Assembly: GCA_964385825.1 (NCBI GenBank)
Contig: CAYLPX010000002.1
Span: 1,281-65,280 of the forward strand
Length of the DNA: 64,000 bases
Origin: an uncultured Candidatus Saccharibacteria bacterium
GTDB taxonomy: Bacteria > Patescibacteriota > Minisyncoccia > Phycocordibacterales > JAKFXT01
Reading direction: 5' to 3'
This document shows, piece by piece, positions 28,201 to 36,673 of this stretch; position 1 is the first letter of the stretch, and each line of letters starts with the position of its first letter. The notes below the pieces were generated by a model. It did no database searches. It worked only from the letters and a program-made list of their open reading frames with translations, and was not told the origin of the DNA. Made by a program: the position numbers and the translations under genes.

Positions 28201-30746
28201 ATAGAAATATCTCCGTTTTCATCTGTCGCCTCCCCATTCCAGGCCACATACACATCATCAACTGAATCATAGGCAAAACCAGATCGCCTACCTTTTACAA
28301 TTTCTATGTCTCCCGTAAGAGGTCCTTTATTTACAGAAAGAATTCCAGACGCATTAAGATCGTACCAATAAAGTCCCCCTGCCCCAAAGCGAACAAAGCG
28401 ATGACGCTTAGTATCGATTACAGCAGTGTAGTAACCACTATCATTTTCATTAGGACCACGAACCACCCAAGAGTCAGTTAATGGGCTCCATTCTGAAAGC
28501 GTACCAATACCTGGCCAATTCCATACGTGGCCCGTTGCAGGATCTACAGCGGTACTTGGTACAACGCTACCCCCAAAGTAGGTCACATCTTTCTTTTGCT
28601 CCCAACGATTGTTGTTTATGTCGTAACAATTAAGCTGTTTAGTTGTTCTTTGTCCTGTTGGGTATGGAGCAGTCGTACCAAATCGACAAAAACGATCAAT
28701 AGCAGGAACATACTGTATATAGTTATACGAGTGCACAGAGCGAGGTTGCTGCAAATCAGGATTACCATTTGTATCTGGATAGTACCCCGAAGCCTCAATT
28801 GCGCTGTTAGGATCAACATCTAGACCTGGTTGCCGAATAGTTCTCCATTGAAGCGTGTTTATATCAAACGCATAAATCTCATTTCCATAATAATCATTAT
28901 GCCCCCCACCATGAATATAGAAACGATTACGAGTTGAGTCATAAGTTGCACTACTTTCTGTAAAATAATCGGTGTAGTTCCCCGAAGTTTGATTCCCCGG
29001 CCAAATGAAATCTATTTTCTTAATTTGTGAATTAGGAACGGCATACCATGTTCCTGGAGCCATGGCATCAAGCGGGTTGCTCGCAAGTGGAGCTAAAGTA
29101 GTTGCACCAACTGAGCCTGTTTGAGCTGATGTATTACCAACCATATCTCTCGCCTGTATAGCGTAGGTATAGTTTGTGTTGGCCGAAAGACCAGTATCTT
29201 GGAAATTCAAACTGGCCGTTGAAGCGATTTTGATACCATTTCGATAAATATCGTACATGACAATACCGGCTGCGACATTATCCCGAGCAATGTTCCACGT
29301 AAGATTTACTTGATCGTATGCAGCTCCAACTGCTGTAAGTCCGATTGGAGTTGCTGGAGCAACCGTATCCTGTGTTCCCGCAAGTGAAAGAGAAGACTCC
29401 TTAATCCAACCATCTCTACCTGTATCATTATCTACTTTCCAGAATCGCACGCCGGCAGTATCGGTAACGGGACCCCCCACAATTGAACCTGATATACTTG
29501 AAGCAAGTGTTGCAAAAAGATTTGGTGTATTAACCCCTGGAATCAGGCTTACTACCGAAGTAGGGTTAGCATAGAGAGATGCACCAGACCCACTCTGTAC
29601 CCTTGCTCCGTATGATAGAGCATTTATAGCACTTTGAATGTTGGCGGCCTGTGCCACTACTGCCGGAGCAGCTACTACGTTTTGAGCCACAGCCGCAATG
29701 ACTACAGCTTGAGCGGCAGCCGTAGTAGCAGAAGCAGCAGCAGACTGCCCACTTACATTTCCTGCAGCATCAAAAGCCTGCACTGTATAGGAATAAGATG
29801 TCCCAGCAGTAAGTCCTGTATTTGAATACGTTGTTGCCGCACCGAGTGTGGCAAGTAATACTCCACCACGATAAATCTTATAACCCGTAACCCCAACATT
29901 ATCAGACGAGGCACTCCATGAAAGATTTATTTGTGTAGATGAAATAGAGGAGGCAGTAACATTGGCTGGCACAGAAGGTGGAGTGACATCTGCTACAGCG
30001 GGAACTCCCTGAGAAACAACAACTTGGCCTGATGAAGTTTTACCAAATGCGTCCCACGTAGCGTTACCGTCATTAAGAGTAAAAGCAACACCATTAATGG
30101 GCCTACTCTCCAGCCCAACTAATGAAGCAGCAACTTCTAGCCGTACCCACTGTCCCTTAACTGGAAGTGGCCCCATATACCTGCGGCTAACCGTTCCATC
30201 GGCTCCCCAAGTAATAGTATTTGCCCCCCAATAAGCACGATGCTCCCAACTTCCATCATTAAACTGGAGCATTAACTCTGTGGGAGTATTCGTTGGATCA
30301 AGGTATACATAGACAAAAAGCTTATCTCCCACATTTGGAGTTAGCTTATTTGTTGCATTAGTAAAATAATGTTGATGTCTTCCCGCCTTATTGGCACCCT
30401 GATGAGCAGAGGAACCAGAAAATGGAGCTGGGTTGCTACTTACCCAAGTAAAAGAATCGTCCCCCCCTGCAGTAGCTCCCGCAGGAAGCGCGTCCTCTAT
30501 CCAAACGGTATCAGCAGAACTAATTGCGCCTGCAACTTGAGCCAAAAGTGCCTGCTTCCCACTTTGAGCAAGTAACTTATTAATGCTTTCTCGCAAAGAC
30601 TTAATTTTTGATTCAAGCTCCTCTAGTGTAGGGGGTGCTGACTTACTCTTGCTTATTGCCGCCAATGAAGTAACCGGGTTGATGAAAAAAGTAAACACAA
30701 AAACACTGACCAGTATGAGTTTAAGGATTTGTTTTGTGTTTTGCAT
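22251..30746 (-). CDS. giant secreted multidomain protein (2831 aa): FN3 repeats, Kelch-like beta-propeller, central polysaccharide lyase/hydrolase-like region, Ig-like domain, two C-terminal peptidoglycan-binding repeats
   Basis: Signal peptide MQNTKQILKLILVSVFVFTFFINPVTSLA. Repeated FN3 motifs (DNVGVTGYKxFRNG). A Kelch-like YIHGGGHNDYYGNEIYAFDINTLQWRT. A bacterial Ig-like VVGVVLKVDGQALTEDVSAPYTFSF. C-terminal PG_binding_1-like repeats (VRLLQQFLIKTGYL..GFYGVATKAAVGKFQ, and EDVRLLQQFLNIHGF..YFGVATSRALAKFQ). Confidence 0.8.
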   Translation of the reverse strand: MQNTKQILKLILVSVFVFTFFINPVTSLAAISKSKSAPPTLEELESKIKSLRESINKLLAQSGKQALLAQVAGAISSADTVWIEDALPAGATAGGDDSFTWVSSNPAPFSGSSAHQGANKAGRHQHYFTNATNKLTPNVGDKLFVYVYLDPTNTPTELMLQFNDGSWEHRAYWGANTITWGADGTVSRRYMGPLPVKGQWVRLEVAASLVGLESRPINGVAFTLNDGNATWDAFGKTSSGQVVVSQGVPAVADVTPPSVPANVTASSISSTQINLSWSASSDNVGVTGYKIYRGGVLLATLGAATTYSNTGLTAGTSYSYTVQAFDAAGNVSGQSAAASATTAAAQAVVIAAVAQNVVAAPAVVAQAANIQSAINALSYGARVQSGSGASLYANPTSVVSLIPGVNTPNLFATLASSISGSIVGGPVTDTAGVRFWKVDNDTGRDGWIKESSLSLAGTQDTVAPATPIGLTAVGAAYDQVNLTWNIARDNVAAGIVMYDIYRNGIKIASTASLNFQDTGLSANTNYTYAIQARDMVGNTSAQTGSVGATTLAPLASNPLDAMAPGTWYAVPNSQIKKIDFIWPGNQTSGNYTDYFTESSATYDSTRNRFYIHGGGHNDYYGNEIYAFDINTLQWRTIRQPGLDVDPNSAIEASGYYPDTNGNPDLQQPRSVHSYNYIQYVPAIDRFCRFGTTAPYPTGQRTTKQLNCYDINNNRWEQKKDVTYFGGSVVPSTAVDPATGHVWNWPGIGTLSEWSPLTDSWVVRGPNENDSGYYTAVIDTKRHRFVRFGAGGLYWYDLNASGILSVNKGPLTGDIEIVKGRRSGFAYDSVDDVYVAWNGEATDENGDISIDHVILPEDIYVINPDTFAVTRIGTSALSSIPRNSWALNNGANNATFSRFSYIPSKNVFILVNNHKNEPVFFYKLDPNAVKGVVPSDKVAPSAASNLSAQATSNTSISLVWNAATDNVGVVGYRIARHADAQQLVTITTSGTSYTDSGLIAGAKYSYAVIPYDAAGNIGTMSVVTLTATAGASAGGALVAPVVVQPGAPDAQAPSIPQNLRTTPTSPNAVSLVWNAATDNVGVTGYKVFRNGTQISTSQGASYSDTGLATSTLYTYTVSAYDAAGNNSAQSSSVSTTTLAAAPVVNQVPPANQNQGPQDVQAPTVPQGLSVSAASSFQANLSWTAATDNVAVTGYKVFRNGVQIGTALSSSYVDSGLSPATSYTYAVSAYDAAGNNSAQSTSANVVTAGVNLNVGSLNIPITINELLPSGESGTTRTNGLASFGIPLKDGDNIRSVSQLGLSGAAVYQFKPLSYHPSGNLQWVLVDTLANIPAGGTATVTLTNGSGSSGGPNMAVDVGNAVNVDTGVAQFTIRKNGFNIFDKVVVNGTTLVESGNNGGAVLTLPGNLTYSSLYDTPTVTVTENGPAKSVVKVEGRFKDAAGNQAPLGYTLYLTFSKNSSSVKVVPVLRNAYYATHSVIPINSFELVLGTALKQNLSYSLPTSKGNQTGVLASGDNVYLFQGYTKRLADTSYSDFWQWNIGGYFIPPVNYTTDIGTRFVKNGTVVKDFIADNLTDYALGYGELKDTNDDGVTVAYRNMAAYFPSGLEFNGNGEVTVGIFSKRNNKTGLGIDWGVHESRDLMFNFHTTPVDNAAINTENQTPLFGRAAFEQYRDSGAFFGEKRLASMQEQQTIFAANGRPNFTIPNSSRAVTRLWDSSQGGTLNQRDIALAWQLTYVRNGNTGQMLNALERTHFVSDQFPWYSDDFDFGTARNDYHYNRLVPTKPIDGGINGMEDDFEHIWVYSVFMSYYFTGDERYKDAVTELAESAYNRYGGAADGNIEYRLGLSGARVAAQSYMLTGNTRYLTKIDRYVDYLLSTETKYPGKPDVGRNLTRGYTAAPVNGYPQASHSMFSTTYFPATLYEVYRYTPEGHVYQNAAYPGLSYTKQDLMDFLEGLGYFNLKESYRYPANNGKPWVAYDYDVTVPDTSKDGRTYDFGRGASIAYEATGDSTFLTLGKQLAVNVDKDQDTVANSDIGNLRFLYDVAHAGDVKVSFVPLDVTPLGGGTYRISWTAPAGMDVYQLKYANKNIVPNLNFNSLTFTYEFDPASNIAFWAATNVPNMPQVASAGTAQSVTLSNLSCGNTCQFKLRASALTNGYTQPNFANPGNPAQPAPVVPVVPVNNGGSSAGDTQAPSVSITNSNLGGSLSGTIAVTAVATDNVGVVGVVLKVDGQALTEDVSAPYTFSFNTQSVTNGAHVLTAEARDAAGNKTVSSNVSVIVSNIVVTPPKLLSMNSSASSTGAVISIGADRVVTATVEYGITASYGQVQSAAAAMSSVVTIPNLLPGTLYHFRVRITDGVTAPLVSEDSTFKTTTLASANSNLAPINNLNIKERAAKALQLAWSAPANSGQFVKPTAYEVRYIANDVISVDNWTAATLLPSNAVKAPEAAGLTESLKLQNLLPGTTYSIGVRTKDDSGNLSPISNVVTVKTKALPPKPNLVAVTFGSVILSWSAADYPDGSVYFKVIRSDSTLTGPNDAAAIVVGTTTLPTMIDVNVNEGRTYYYGIFSVNDTGDFSDMTTTSVTVPVKGSSGSSGGGSVSSGGSSSGTVSNAGAGGSVSLSLGNGAIGAVGGSTGSTGTGSGAVVYVTVFKNPLYVGLRSNEVRLLQQFLIKTGYLEVGSDSGFYGVATKAAVGKFQCAQGLGCDSSVEGYGLVGPLTRAKLNAASGGAVSATPTSAVGTQVQTSAASSFTRNLKVGMRGEDVRLLQQFLNIHGFTVASSGAGSLGNETTYFGVATSRALAKFQEAHTAEILTPNGLTRGSGFFGAGTRAFIKTLK

Positions 30747-30870
30747 TGATGAATTAAAAAAATAAAACTAACTAAATTTTAACATTTACTGGCCATACAA
30801 CTAAAGCGGGGGTTGCATAATGCAATTCCCCCTCTTCCTATTTCTTAGTATATACACTTCAAAAGAAAAT

Positions 30871-30898
30871 ACACAGCCCCGCATATGCGGGGCTGTGT
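30871..30898 (-). terminator. intrinsic terminator downstream of fusA
   Basis: Perfect palindrome acacagccccgcatatgcggggctgtgt followed on the minus strand by attttcttttg. Confidence 0.75.
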
Positions 30899-30931
30899 AT
30901 AACTCCTTAAAAGCGCCCGTAATAACAGTTT

Positions 30932-33064
30932 CTACTGGCGACTTTCAATAATATCCTTAGCAACGTTCGCTGGGACAATATCGTAATGGTCAAACTCCAT
31001 AGTAGATGTACCACGTCCCTGAGTAAGTGAGCGGAGAGTGGTGGTATAACCGAACATTTCAGAAAGTGGCACTTTAGCCGAAACTACTTTAAGCCCTGAA
31101 CGATCTCCCATACCCTCAATCTGAGCACGCTTACTTGAAAGATGTCCTGAAATATCTCCCATAAACTGCTCTGGCACTAGTACTTCCACCTTCATAATAG
31201 GCTCAAGGATAACTGGGCCAGCCTTTTGTGCAGCCTCTTGGAGAGCCTGAGAAGCCGCGATCTTGAAAGCGATTTCTGAAGAGTCCACGTCGTGATATGA
31301 CCCATCGTAGAGCTCACAAGAAACATCTACCAGCTTAAAGTGCGCCACAATTCCGCGTTCCATCCCTTCCTTAATACCCTTTTCAACCGCTGGGATGTAT
31401 TCCTGAGGGATAACTCCTCCCTTAATGCTATTTACGAACTCAAAACCTTCAGAACGCTTAGTGTTACGAGGAAGTTCCTCTGGGGCTGGTTCAAGTGGTT
31501 TAATCTTAATCTTAACGTGTCCGTACTGTCCGCGACCTCCTGTCTGCTTCACATACTTAACTTCAGCTTCTGCAGGACGAGTAATAGTTTCTTTGTATGC
31601 TACCTGTGGCTTACCAACATTAGCCTCAACCCCGAACTCACGCTTCATGCGATCAACAATAATTTCAAGGTGAAGTTCACCCATTCCAGAAATAATAGTT
31701 TCGTTAGTTTCAGCGTCCGATGCTATACGGAATGTTGGATCTTCATCAGATAGTTTCTTAAGAGCCACACCCATTTTCTCCTGATCAGCCTTTGTTTTCG
31801 GTTCAATACGAAGAGAGATAACCGGCTCAGGGAATTTAATTTCTTCAAGAATAATAGGGTTCGCTTCATCACAAAAGGTATGTGAAGTACGAGCACTCTT
31901 AAGTCCTACCGCTGCTGCAATTTCTCCAGCGTACACCTTCTTCACTTCTTCGCGATCATTAGCTTGGAGTCGCACAATACGTCCCAAACGTTCCTTTTCT
32001 CCCGTGGTTGCATTGTAAATATATGATCCAGCTTCAATAGTTCCTGAATACACACGGAAGAAAGTAAGTTGTCCTACGAAAGGATCAGCCTGAAGTTTAA
32101 AAGCGAGGGCACAAAATGGCTCCTTGTCATCTGCATGGCGGAAAATTTCTTCGCCGGTGCGAGGATCAAGTCCCTTAATAGCTGGAATATCGAGTGGAGA
32201 AGGTAGAAAATCAACCACCGCATCAAGTACGAGCTGTACTCCCTTATTCTTAAGAGCAGACCCTGCGTATACTGGGAAAATTTCATTAGCAATAACGGCC
32301 TTGCGAAGCAGTGCCTTAAGACGAGGAAGATCAATTTCTTTTCCTTCAAGGTATTCAGTCATGGTAGCCTCATCGTGCTCCACGATACGTTCAACAAGCT
32401 CATGACGATACTTTTCAGCATCAGCTTTAAGATTTTCTGGTATTTCAGCTTCACGAATAGTGTTTCCCATTTCACCCTCAAAGTAGAAAGCTTTCATTTT
32501 AAGAAGGTCGATAACTCCCTCATGTGCATCTTCTTCACCAATAGGGATCTGGAGACGAACTGCCTTTTTATTGAGGCGATCAAGAATACTTGCGTATGAT
32601 CGTTCAAAAGATGCACCAGTACGATCAAGTTTGTTGATGAAACAAATACGTGGCACTGAAGCTTCGTCAGCATAACGCCAGTTAGTTTCTGATTGTGGCT
32701 CTACTCCTGCAACGCCGTCAAACACCACCACAGCTCCGTCTAGCACGCGAAGCGAGCGCTTCACTTCCACGGTGAAATCAATGTGTCCTGGGGTATCGAT
32801 AATATTGAAACGATACTTGGTATCATCCTTAGTCGCATCAGTCTTACCCCAAAAACAAGTGATGGCAGCAGCCGTAATAGTAATACCGCGCTCACGCTCC
32901 TGTTCCATCCAGTCAGTCACAGTCGCCCCATCGTGCACTTCTCCGATTTTATGAGTCATTCCTGTGTAGTAGAGAATGCGCTCAGAGGTAGTAGTCTTGC
33001 CCGCATCAATGTGGGCAATGATACCAAAGTTACGGACGTGCTCTAATGGATAATCGCGGTTCAT
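30932..33064 (-). CDS. fusA: elongation factor G
   Basis: 710 aa; GTPase motifs AHIDAGKTT and DTPGHIDF; EF-G domains IV and V. Confidence 0.95.
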   Translation of the reverse strand: MNRDYPLEHVRNFGIIAHIDAGKTTTSERILYYTGMTHKIGEVHDGATVTDWMEQERERGITITAAAITCFWGKTDATKDDTKYRFNIIDTPGHIDFTVEVKRSLRVLDGAVVVFDGVAGVEPQSETNWRYADEASVPRICFINKLDRTGASFERSYASILDRLNKKAVRLQIPIGEEDAHEGVIDLLKMKAFYFEGEMGNTIREAEIPENLKADAEKYRHELVERIVEHDEATMTEYLEGKEIDLPRLKALLRKAVIANEIFPVYAGSALKNKGVQLVLDAVVDFLPSPLDIPAIKGLDPRTGEEIFRHADDKEPFCALAFKLQADPFVGQLTFFRVYSGTIEAGSYIYNATTGEKERLGRIVRLQANDREEVKKVYAGEIAAAVGLKSARTSHTFCDEANPIILEEIKFPEPVISLRIEPKTKADQEKMGVALKKLSDEDPTFRIASDAETNETIISGMGELHLEIIVDRMKREFGVEANVGKPQVAYKETITRPAEAEVKYVKQTGGRGQYGHVKIKIKPLEPAPEELPRNTKRSEGFEFVNSIKGGVIPQEYIPAVEKGIKEGMERGIVAHFKLVDVSCELYDGSYHDVDSSEIAFKIAASQALQEAAQKAGPVILEPIMKVEVLVPEQFMGDISGHLSSKRAQIEGMGDRSGLKVVSAKVPLSEMFGYTTTLRSLTQGRGTSTMEFDHYDIVPANVAKDIIESRQ

Positions 33065-33068
33065 ATAA

Positions 33069-33099
33069 TTAGTTTATAGTCTTTAGTTTATAGTCTATA
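33069..33099. repeat. tandem tagtttatagtct motif immediately upstream of the fusA start codon
   Basis: attagtttatagtctttagtttatagtctatag. A related agtttatagt...tagtcttatag motif recurs at 36021-36051, after rpmB. Confidence 0.7.
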
Positions 33100-33970
33100 G
33101 AAGCCCCACAAAAGAAAAAGCCCCTAGATAGGTAGCAAGCAGAATATCATCAAATATCCAAAAAAGAAAGCACGCCGACCCAAGTTTCCGGTCGGCGTGT
33201 AGCTCATGGTATTGGTATAGTCCAAAACTGCAGACTATTACTGTGCGCTCGGGGGGTACTTCATTTTCTTTGTACTCACTTCCTGTGAGGTACCCCCCCC
33301 TGTTCCCCCTATCTACCCAAGGGTAAGTTGGGGAACCCCCACTTCTGCTTTTGGCTTTCGCCTGGTCTGTCGTCTTGTCCGTTCGCACATACGCATATTG
33401 GGTAAGTAACGTTTCGGGAAACTACTAGGACTCTGGCGGACGTTGCGCCATTTTTCGCTTTGGGGTGTTGATCCCTCAACTTGACTCCATTGCCCGTCTT
33501 GAACTTACACGCCAATCGTCTTCTGGCCACAAGAGAGGTAAGGCCGAATCATGGCATACAATACAGGCAACCGACCACGAGTTTCTCTAAGGGGCACCCA
33601 GCAACATACTATACTATTTGCCCAAGATTGCACTGCCTCCAAGGGGCTACTTACTTTCCAAAAAATCAACAAGGGTAGGTTCGTTTTTCAAACTTGTATC
33701 AAGCTCTGTTTCTACTCCTGTGTGGGCTATATGATCAAAAACTGTTTCTGCGATGGTGTGATAGTTTGCGTTAAGGAGTTTCAGTAATAATGCTCTTAGC
33801 TCGTCCTTACACACATCAAGTTTAGGATTCTTAAATTTTGTTTCCATATTAGTTGCTACTAACAATACTACTCCTTAGATAAAAAGGTAAGGTTAAAAAT
33901 CTCGCGTAAGTTTAAGGCACAAAATTTCTGTAAGAAACCCTATTTTGAGATGCAGTACGAGGCGGGGAAT

Positions 33971-34011
33971 GAAAAAAGTCACTAGCTGTACAAGTAGTAC
34001 TGCTAGCGACT
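33971..34011 (-). terminator. intrinsic terminator downstream of rpsG
   Basis: Minus-strand hairpin (aagtcgctagcagtactacttgtacagctagtgactt, one mismatch) followed by tttttt. Confidence 0.6.
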
Positions 34012-34112
34012 TTTTCAAATTATTTAAAGTTATACTACCTATTCGTAACTTCAGAAAGTTCCTCAGGGCGCTCCATTTTGCAGTTGGAATTTACTTCGCT
34101 TGCGCTCGTAAA

Positions 34113-34583
34113 TTACCAAGCAAAATGGGCGAAGGCTTTGTTGGCTTCTGCCATTTTGTGAGTATTCTCGCGCTTCTTCATAGCCTCACCTTCATTCTTG
34201 AAAGCAGCCATAAGTTCATCAGCAAGCTTCTCAGCCATAGGCTTACCCTTCTTTGAAGAAGCCGCGTCAATGATCCAGCGGAAAGCAAGAGCTTGCTTAC
34301 GCTCTGGACGCACCTCACGAGGTACTTGATAGTTAGCTCCACCCACACGGCGTGAACGTACTTCCATGTTTGGTGCAACATTGCGAATAGCTGTTTCGAA
34401 AACTTCAAGAGGATTCTCCACCTTTGCCTTTTCCTTGATAGTATCGAGGGCTCCGTATACTACCTTAGTAGCAGTTACACGCTTACCATCCTTCATCACA
34501 CAGTTGATGAACTTCCCTACTACATCTGACTTGTAGGTAAGGTCGGGTTTTGCAATATTTCGATTTTTAACTTTTCGACGCAT
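34113..34583 (-). CDS. rpsG: 30S ribosomal protein S7
   Basis: 156 aa; S7 family; downstream of rpsL. Confidence 0.9.
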   Translation of the reverse strand: MRRKVKNRNIAKPDLTYKSDVVGKFINCVMKDGKRVTATKVVYGALDTIKEKAKVENPLEVFETAIRNVAPNMEVRSRRVGGANYQVPREVRPERKQALAFRWIIDAASSKKGKPMAEKLADELMAAFKNEGEAMKKRENTHKMAEANKAFAHFAW

Positions 34584-34602
34584 ATATAAAATTATTTACA
34601 GT

Positions 34603-35031
34603 TTACTTTTTAGCTACAGCTCCTTCCTTAGGACGCTTGTTACCGTATCGGCTGCGGGCCTGGCGACGCTTCTCAACACCTGAGGCATCAAGCACACCAC
34701 GAACAATGGTGTAACGAAGTCCGATATCCTTTACACGACCACCACGAATCATAACCACTGAGTGCTCTTGCAAGTTATGTCCTTCTCCTGGGATATAGGC
34801 AGTTACTTCCATACCATTAGTAAGACGTACACGCGCAATCTTACGAATAGCTGAGTTAGGTTTCTTAGGAGTTTTGGTAGTTACCTTAGTGCACACACCA
34901 CGCTTGAAAGGAGAAGCATAGAACATTGGCTTGTTTTTCACGAGGTTAAAACCACGTGTCAAAGCCACCGTTTTACTCTTACGGATTGGTGATTTGCGGG
35001 ATTTCCGCACAAGCTGGTTGATGGTAGACAT
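34603..35031 (-). CDS. rpsL: 30S ribosomal protein S12
   Basis: [13 protein letters not shown]...; S12 family with a C-terminal basic tail. Confidence 0.9.
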   Translation of the reverse strand: MSTINQLVRKSRKSPIRKSKTVALTRGFNLVKNKPMFYASPFKRGVCTKVTTKTPKKPNSAIRKIARVRLTNGMEVTAYIPGEGHNLQEHSVVMIRGGRVKDIGLRYTIVRGVLDASGVEKRRQARSRYGNKRPKEGAVAKK

Positions 35032-35110
35032 TACGAAATTAAAATAGAGCCCATAGCTCTTAGTAGGAAGTACTTTACTATAGAGGAGATTCTAATGCAA
35101 TAGCCTTTTC

Positions 35111-35719
35111 CTAACTGCCTATTATAAGGTGGGCAATAAAGCTAATAAGCGGGGTTACGTACTGCCAGAGGAAAAACACAAAGAAAATAAGGATGGCAAA
35201 ACTCCAGCGCTCAAGGGAGCGACTCCAGTGCTGGAAGCGGAAGGGTAAAAGGCCGAAAAGCACCTTAGAGCCATCAAGTGGTGGTATGGGAACTAGGTTA
35301 AAAACAGCCAAAAGCACGTTAATAAAGACGATGGCTGACGCAATATCTATAAAAGAAGCGGGTAGCGCTGCTCCAGCAAAACGAATAGTAAGGCCAAAAA
35401 TAATGGCCAAACAGAGGTTGGCAAAGGCGCCTGCCCCTGCCACAGCCACTTCGGCATACTTACCCCGCAGGTTATAGGGGTTATACGGCACCGGCTTAGC
35501 CCAGCCAAAGATAAAACCAGCGGAAAAGAAGGAAAGTATAGGTAAAATTACTGAGCCAAGAGGGTCAATATGGGAAATGGGGTTAATCGTAAGGCGCCCT
35601 GCCATACGAGCTGTTTTATCACCCAAGAAATCAGCCACGTATCCATGCGCTAGTTCATGGACAATAACTGACATAATAAGGATAGCTACCTCGAAAAAGA
35701 GTACTACTGGATCATTCAT
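35111..35719 (-). CDS. M50 family (site-2 protease-like) membrane metalloprotease
   Basis: 202 aa polytopic protein with HELAHGYVADFLGD (HExxH) inside a TM helix. Confidence 0.75.
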   Translation of the reverse strand: MNDPVVLFFEVAILIMSVIVHELAHGYVADFLGDKTARMAGRLTINPISHIDPLGSVILPILSFFSAGFIFGWAKPVPYNPYNLRGKYAEVAVAGAGAFANLCLAIIFGLTIRFAGAALPASFIDIASAIVFINVLLAVFNLVPIPPLDGSKVLFGLLPFRFQHWSRSLERWSFAILIFFVFFLWQYVTPLISFIAHLIIGS

Positions 35720-35774
35720 AGATATTGCGAAATTTCATGAGTAATGATAGCATAGCGTCTATTGTTTCAAACAT

Positions 35775-36017
35775 ATGGCAAAATCTTGCGCAATCACCAA
35801 TAAGACTTCAATCGTAGGCGGGGGCTACTCGAACGAGACTCGTGCTACCCAGTTCAACCCTACTGGCAAGCGTCGCCGCCATGTGAACCTCCAAAAGAAG
35901 CGTATTTTCATACCTGAACTCAACAAGAGTATGACCCTTACCCTCTCAACAGCTGCTATCCGTACTATCAACAAGAATGGGGCTTACGCCACACTCAAGA
36001 AGGCAGGACTCATCTAA
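35775..36017 (+). CDS. rpmB: 50S ribosomal protein L28
   Basis: 80 aa; MAKSCAITNKTSIVGGGYSNETRATQ...; L28 family. Confidence 0.8.
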   Translation: MAKSCAITNKTSIVGGGYSNETRATQFNPTGKRRRHVNLQKKRIFIPELNKSMTLTLSTAAIRTINKNGAYATLKKAGLI

Positions 36018-36060
36018 AACAGTTTATAGTTTTTAGTGGATAGTCTTATAGAAAACAAAA

Positions 36061-36097
36061 GCAAACTGCCGGCACGCGAAGCGTGCCGGCAGTTTGC
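36061..36097. terminator. bidirectional terminator after rpmB
   Basis: gcaaactgccggcacgcgaagcgtgccggcagtttgc followed by ttttcccc. Confidence 0.7.
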
Positions 36098-36173
36098 TTT
36101 TCCCCTTGACTCATTTTAAAACCGGCGTAAAGTTAATAGTGTCCCATTTCGGACTACACTCAAGGAGAGCATC

Positions 36174-36593
36174 ATGCAAAAGCATCGCCCGTCCCTGTGG
36201 AAATCGTTCTTCGCCAACCCCGCCAATGCGTTCGTCGGTATCGTGTCCCTGTTCGTCGGCATCCTCGCCTGGCTCGCCGAGCCCGATGCGCTGGCCGCGG
36301 CCTACACGACGTTCGACTTGCGTCCCTGGCTCGATCCGGTCCACGTCTTCGGCATGCTGTCGGCGTTTGGCCTCTTCCTGGTCGGCCTCGGTATTGCGTT
36401 CATCGTTGCGAAAACCGTCGCCCGGCACTACTTCAGCCACCGCCGGCCCGCGCTTCGCCAACTGTTGACCTTCGCCGTCGCCCAGACCAAAACTGCCTGG
36501 AAAAACCTGATCGCCATCGGCCACGCTACGGCCGCCATGATCGGCGCCGCGCTGCCGGCCTTCCGCCACCGCTCGGCTCCCCTGCTGAGCTGA
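36174..36593 (+). CDS. hypothetical small membrane protein on GC-rich island
   Basis: 139 aa. SD caaggagagcatcATG. GC3 is above 80%. Two or three predicted TM helices (FVGIVSLFVGILAWL; VFGMLSAFGLFLVGLGIAFIVA). Terminators follow. Confidence 0.55.
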   Translation: MQKHRPSLWKSFFANPANAFVGIVSLFVGILAWLAEPDALAAAYTTFDLRPWLDPVHVFGMLSAFGLFLVGLGIAFIVAKTVARHYFSHRRPALRQLLTFAVAQTKTAWKNLIAIGHATAAMIGAALPAFRHRSAPLLS

Positions 36594-36615
36594 CCGGTCG
36601 GCGTACTACAGTCCC

Positions 36616-36673
36616 GGCGCAACTGCGAGAGCTAGTTGCGCCAAAACCCCGCTTCGGCGGGGTTTTTTATTTT
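36616..36673 (+). terminator. tandem hairpins ending in a canonical intrinsic terminator
   Basis: ggcgcaactgcgagagctagttgcgcc, then aaaaccccgcttcggcggggttttttatttt. The T-run overlaps the stop codon of the convergent comEC-MBL gene. Confidence 0.8.

Noticed and set aside
17940-30765. Dozens of 60-130 aa ORFs nested inside or antisense to the two giant genes
   Set aside because: They are embedded within long, repeat-rich coding frames with a consistent domain structure, and are almost certainly noncoding shadows.
30780-30830. Possible hairpin gggggttgcataatgcaattccccc upstream of the fusA terminator
   Set aside because: The palindrome is imperfect and there is no adjacent U-run. The clear terminator is the downstream perfect palindrome at 30871-30898.
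33095-33865. Small ORFs (72-103 aa, both strands) in the rpsG-fusA spacer
   Set aside because: No SD, mutually overlapping, and the region is hairpin-dense. It is more likely a noncoding leader or structured RNA. The 72 aa minus-strand ORF (33647..33865) remains a weak possibility.
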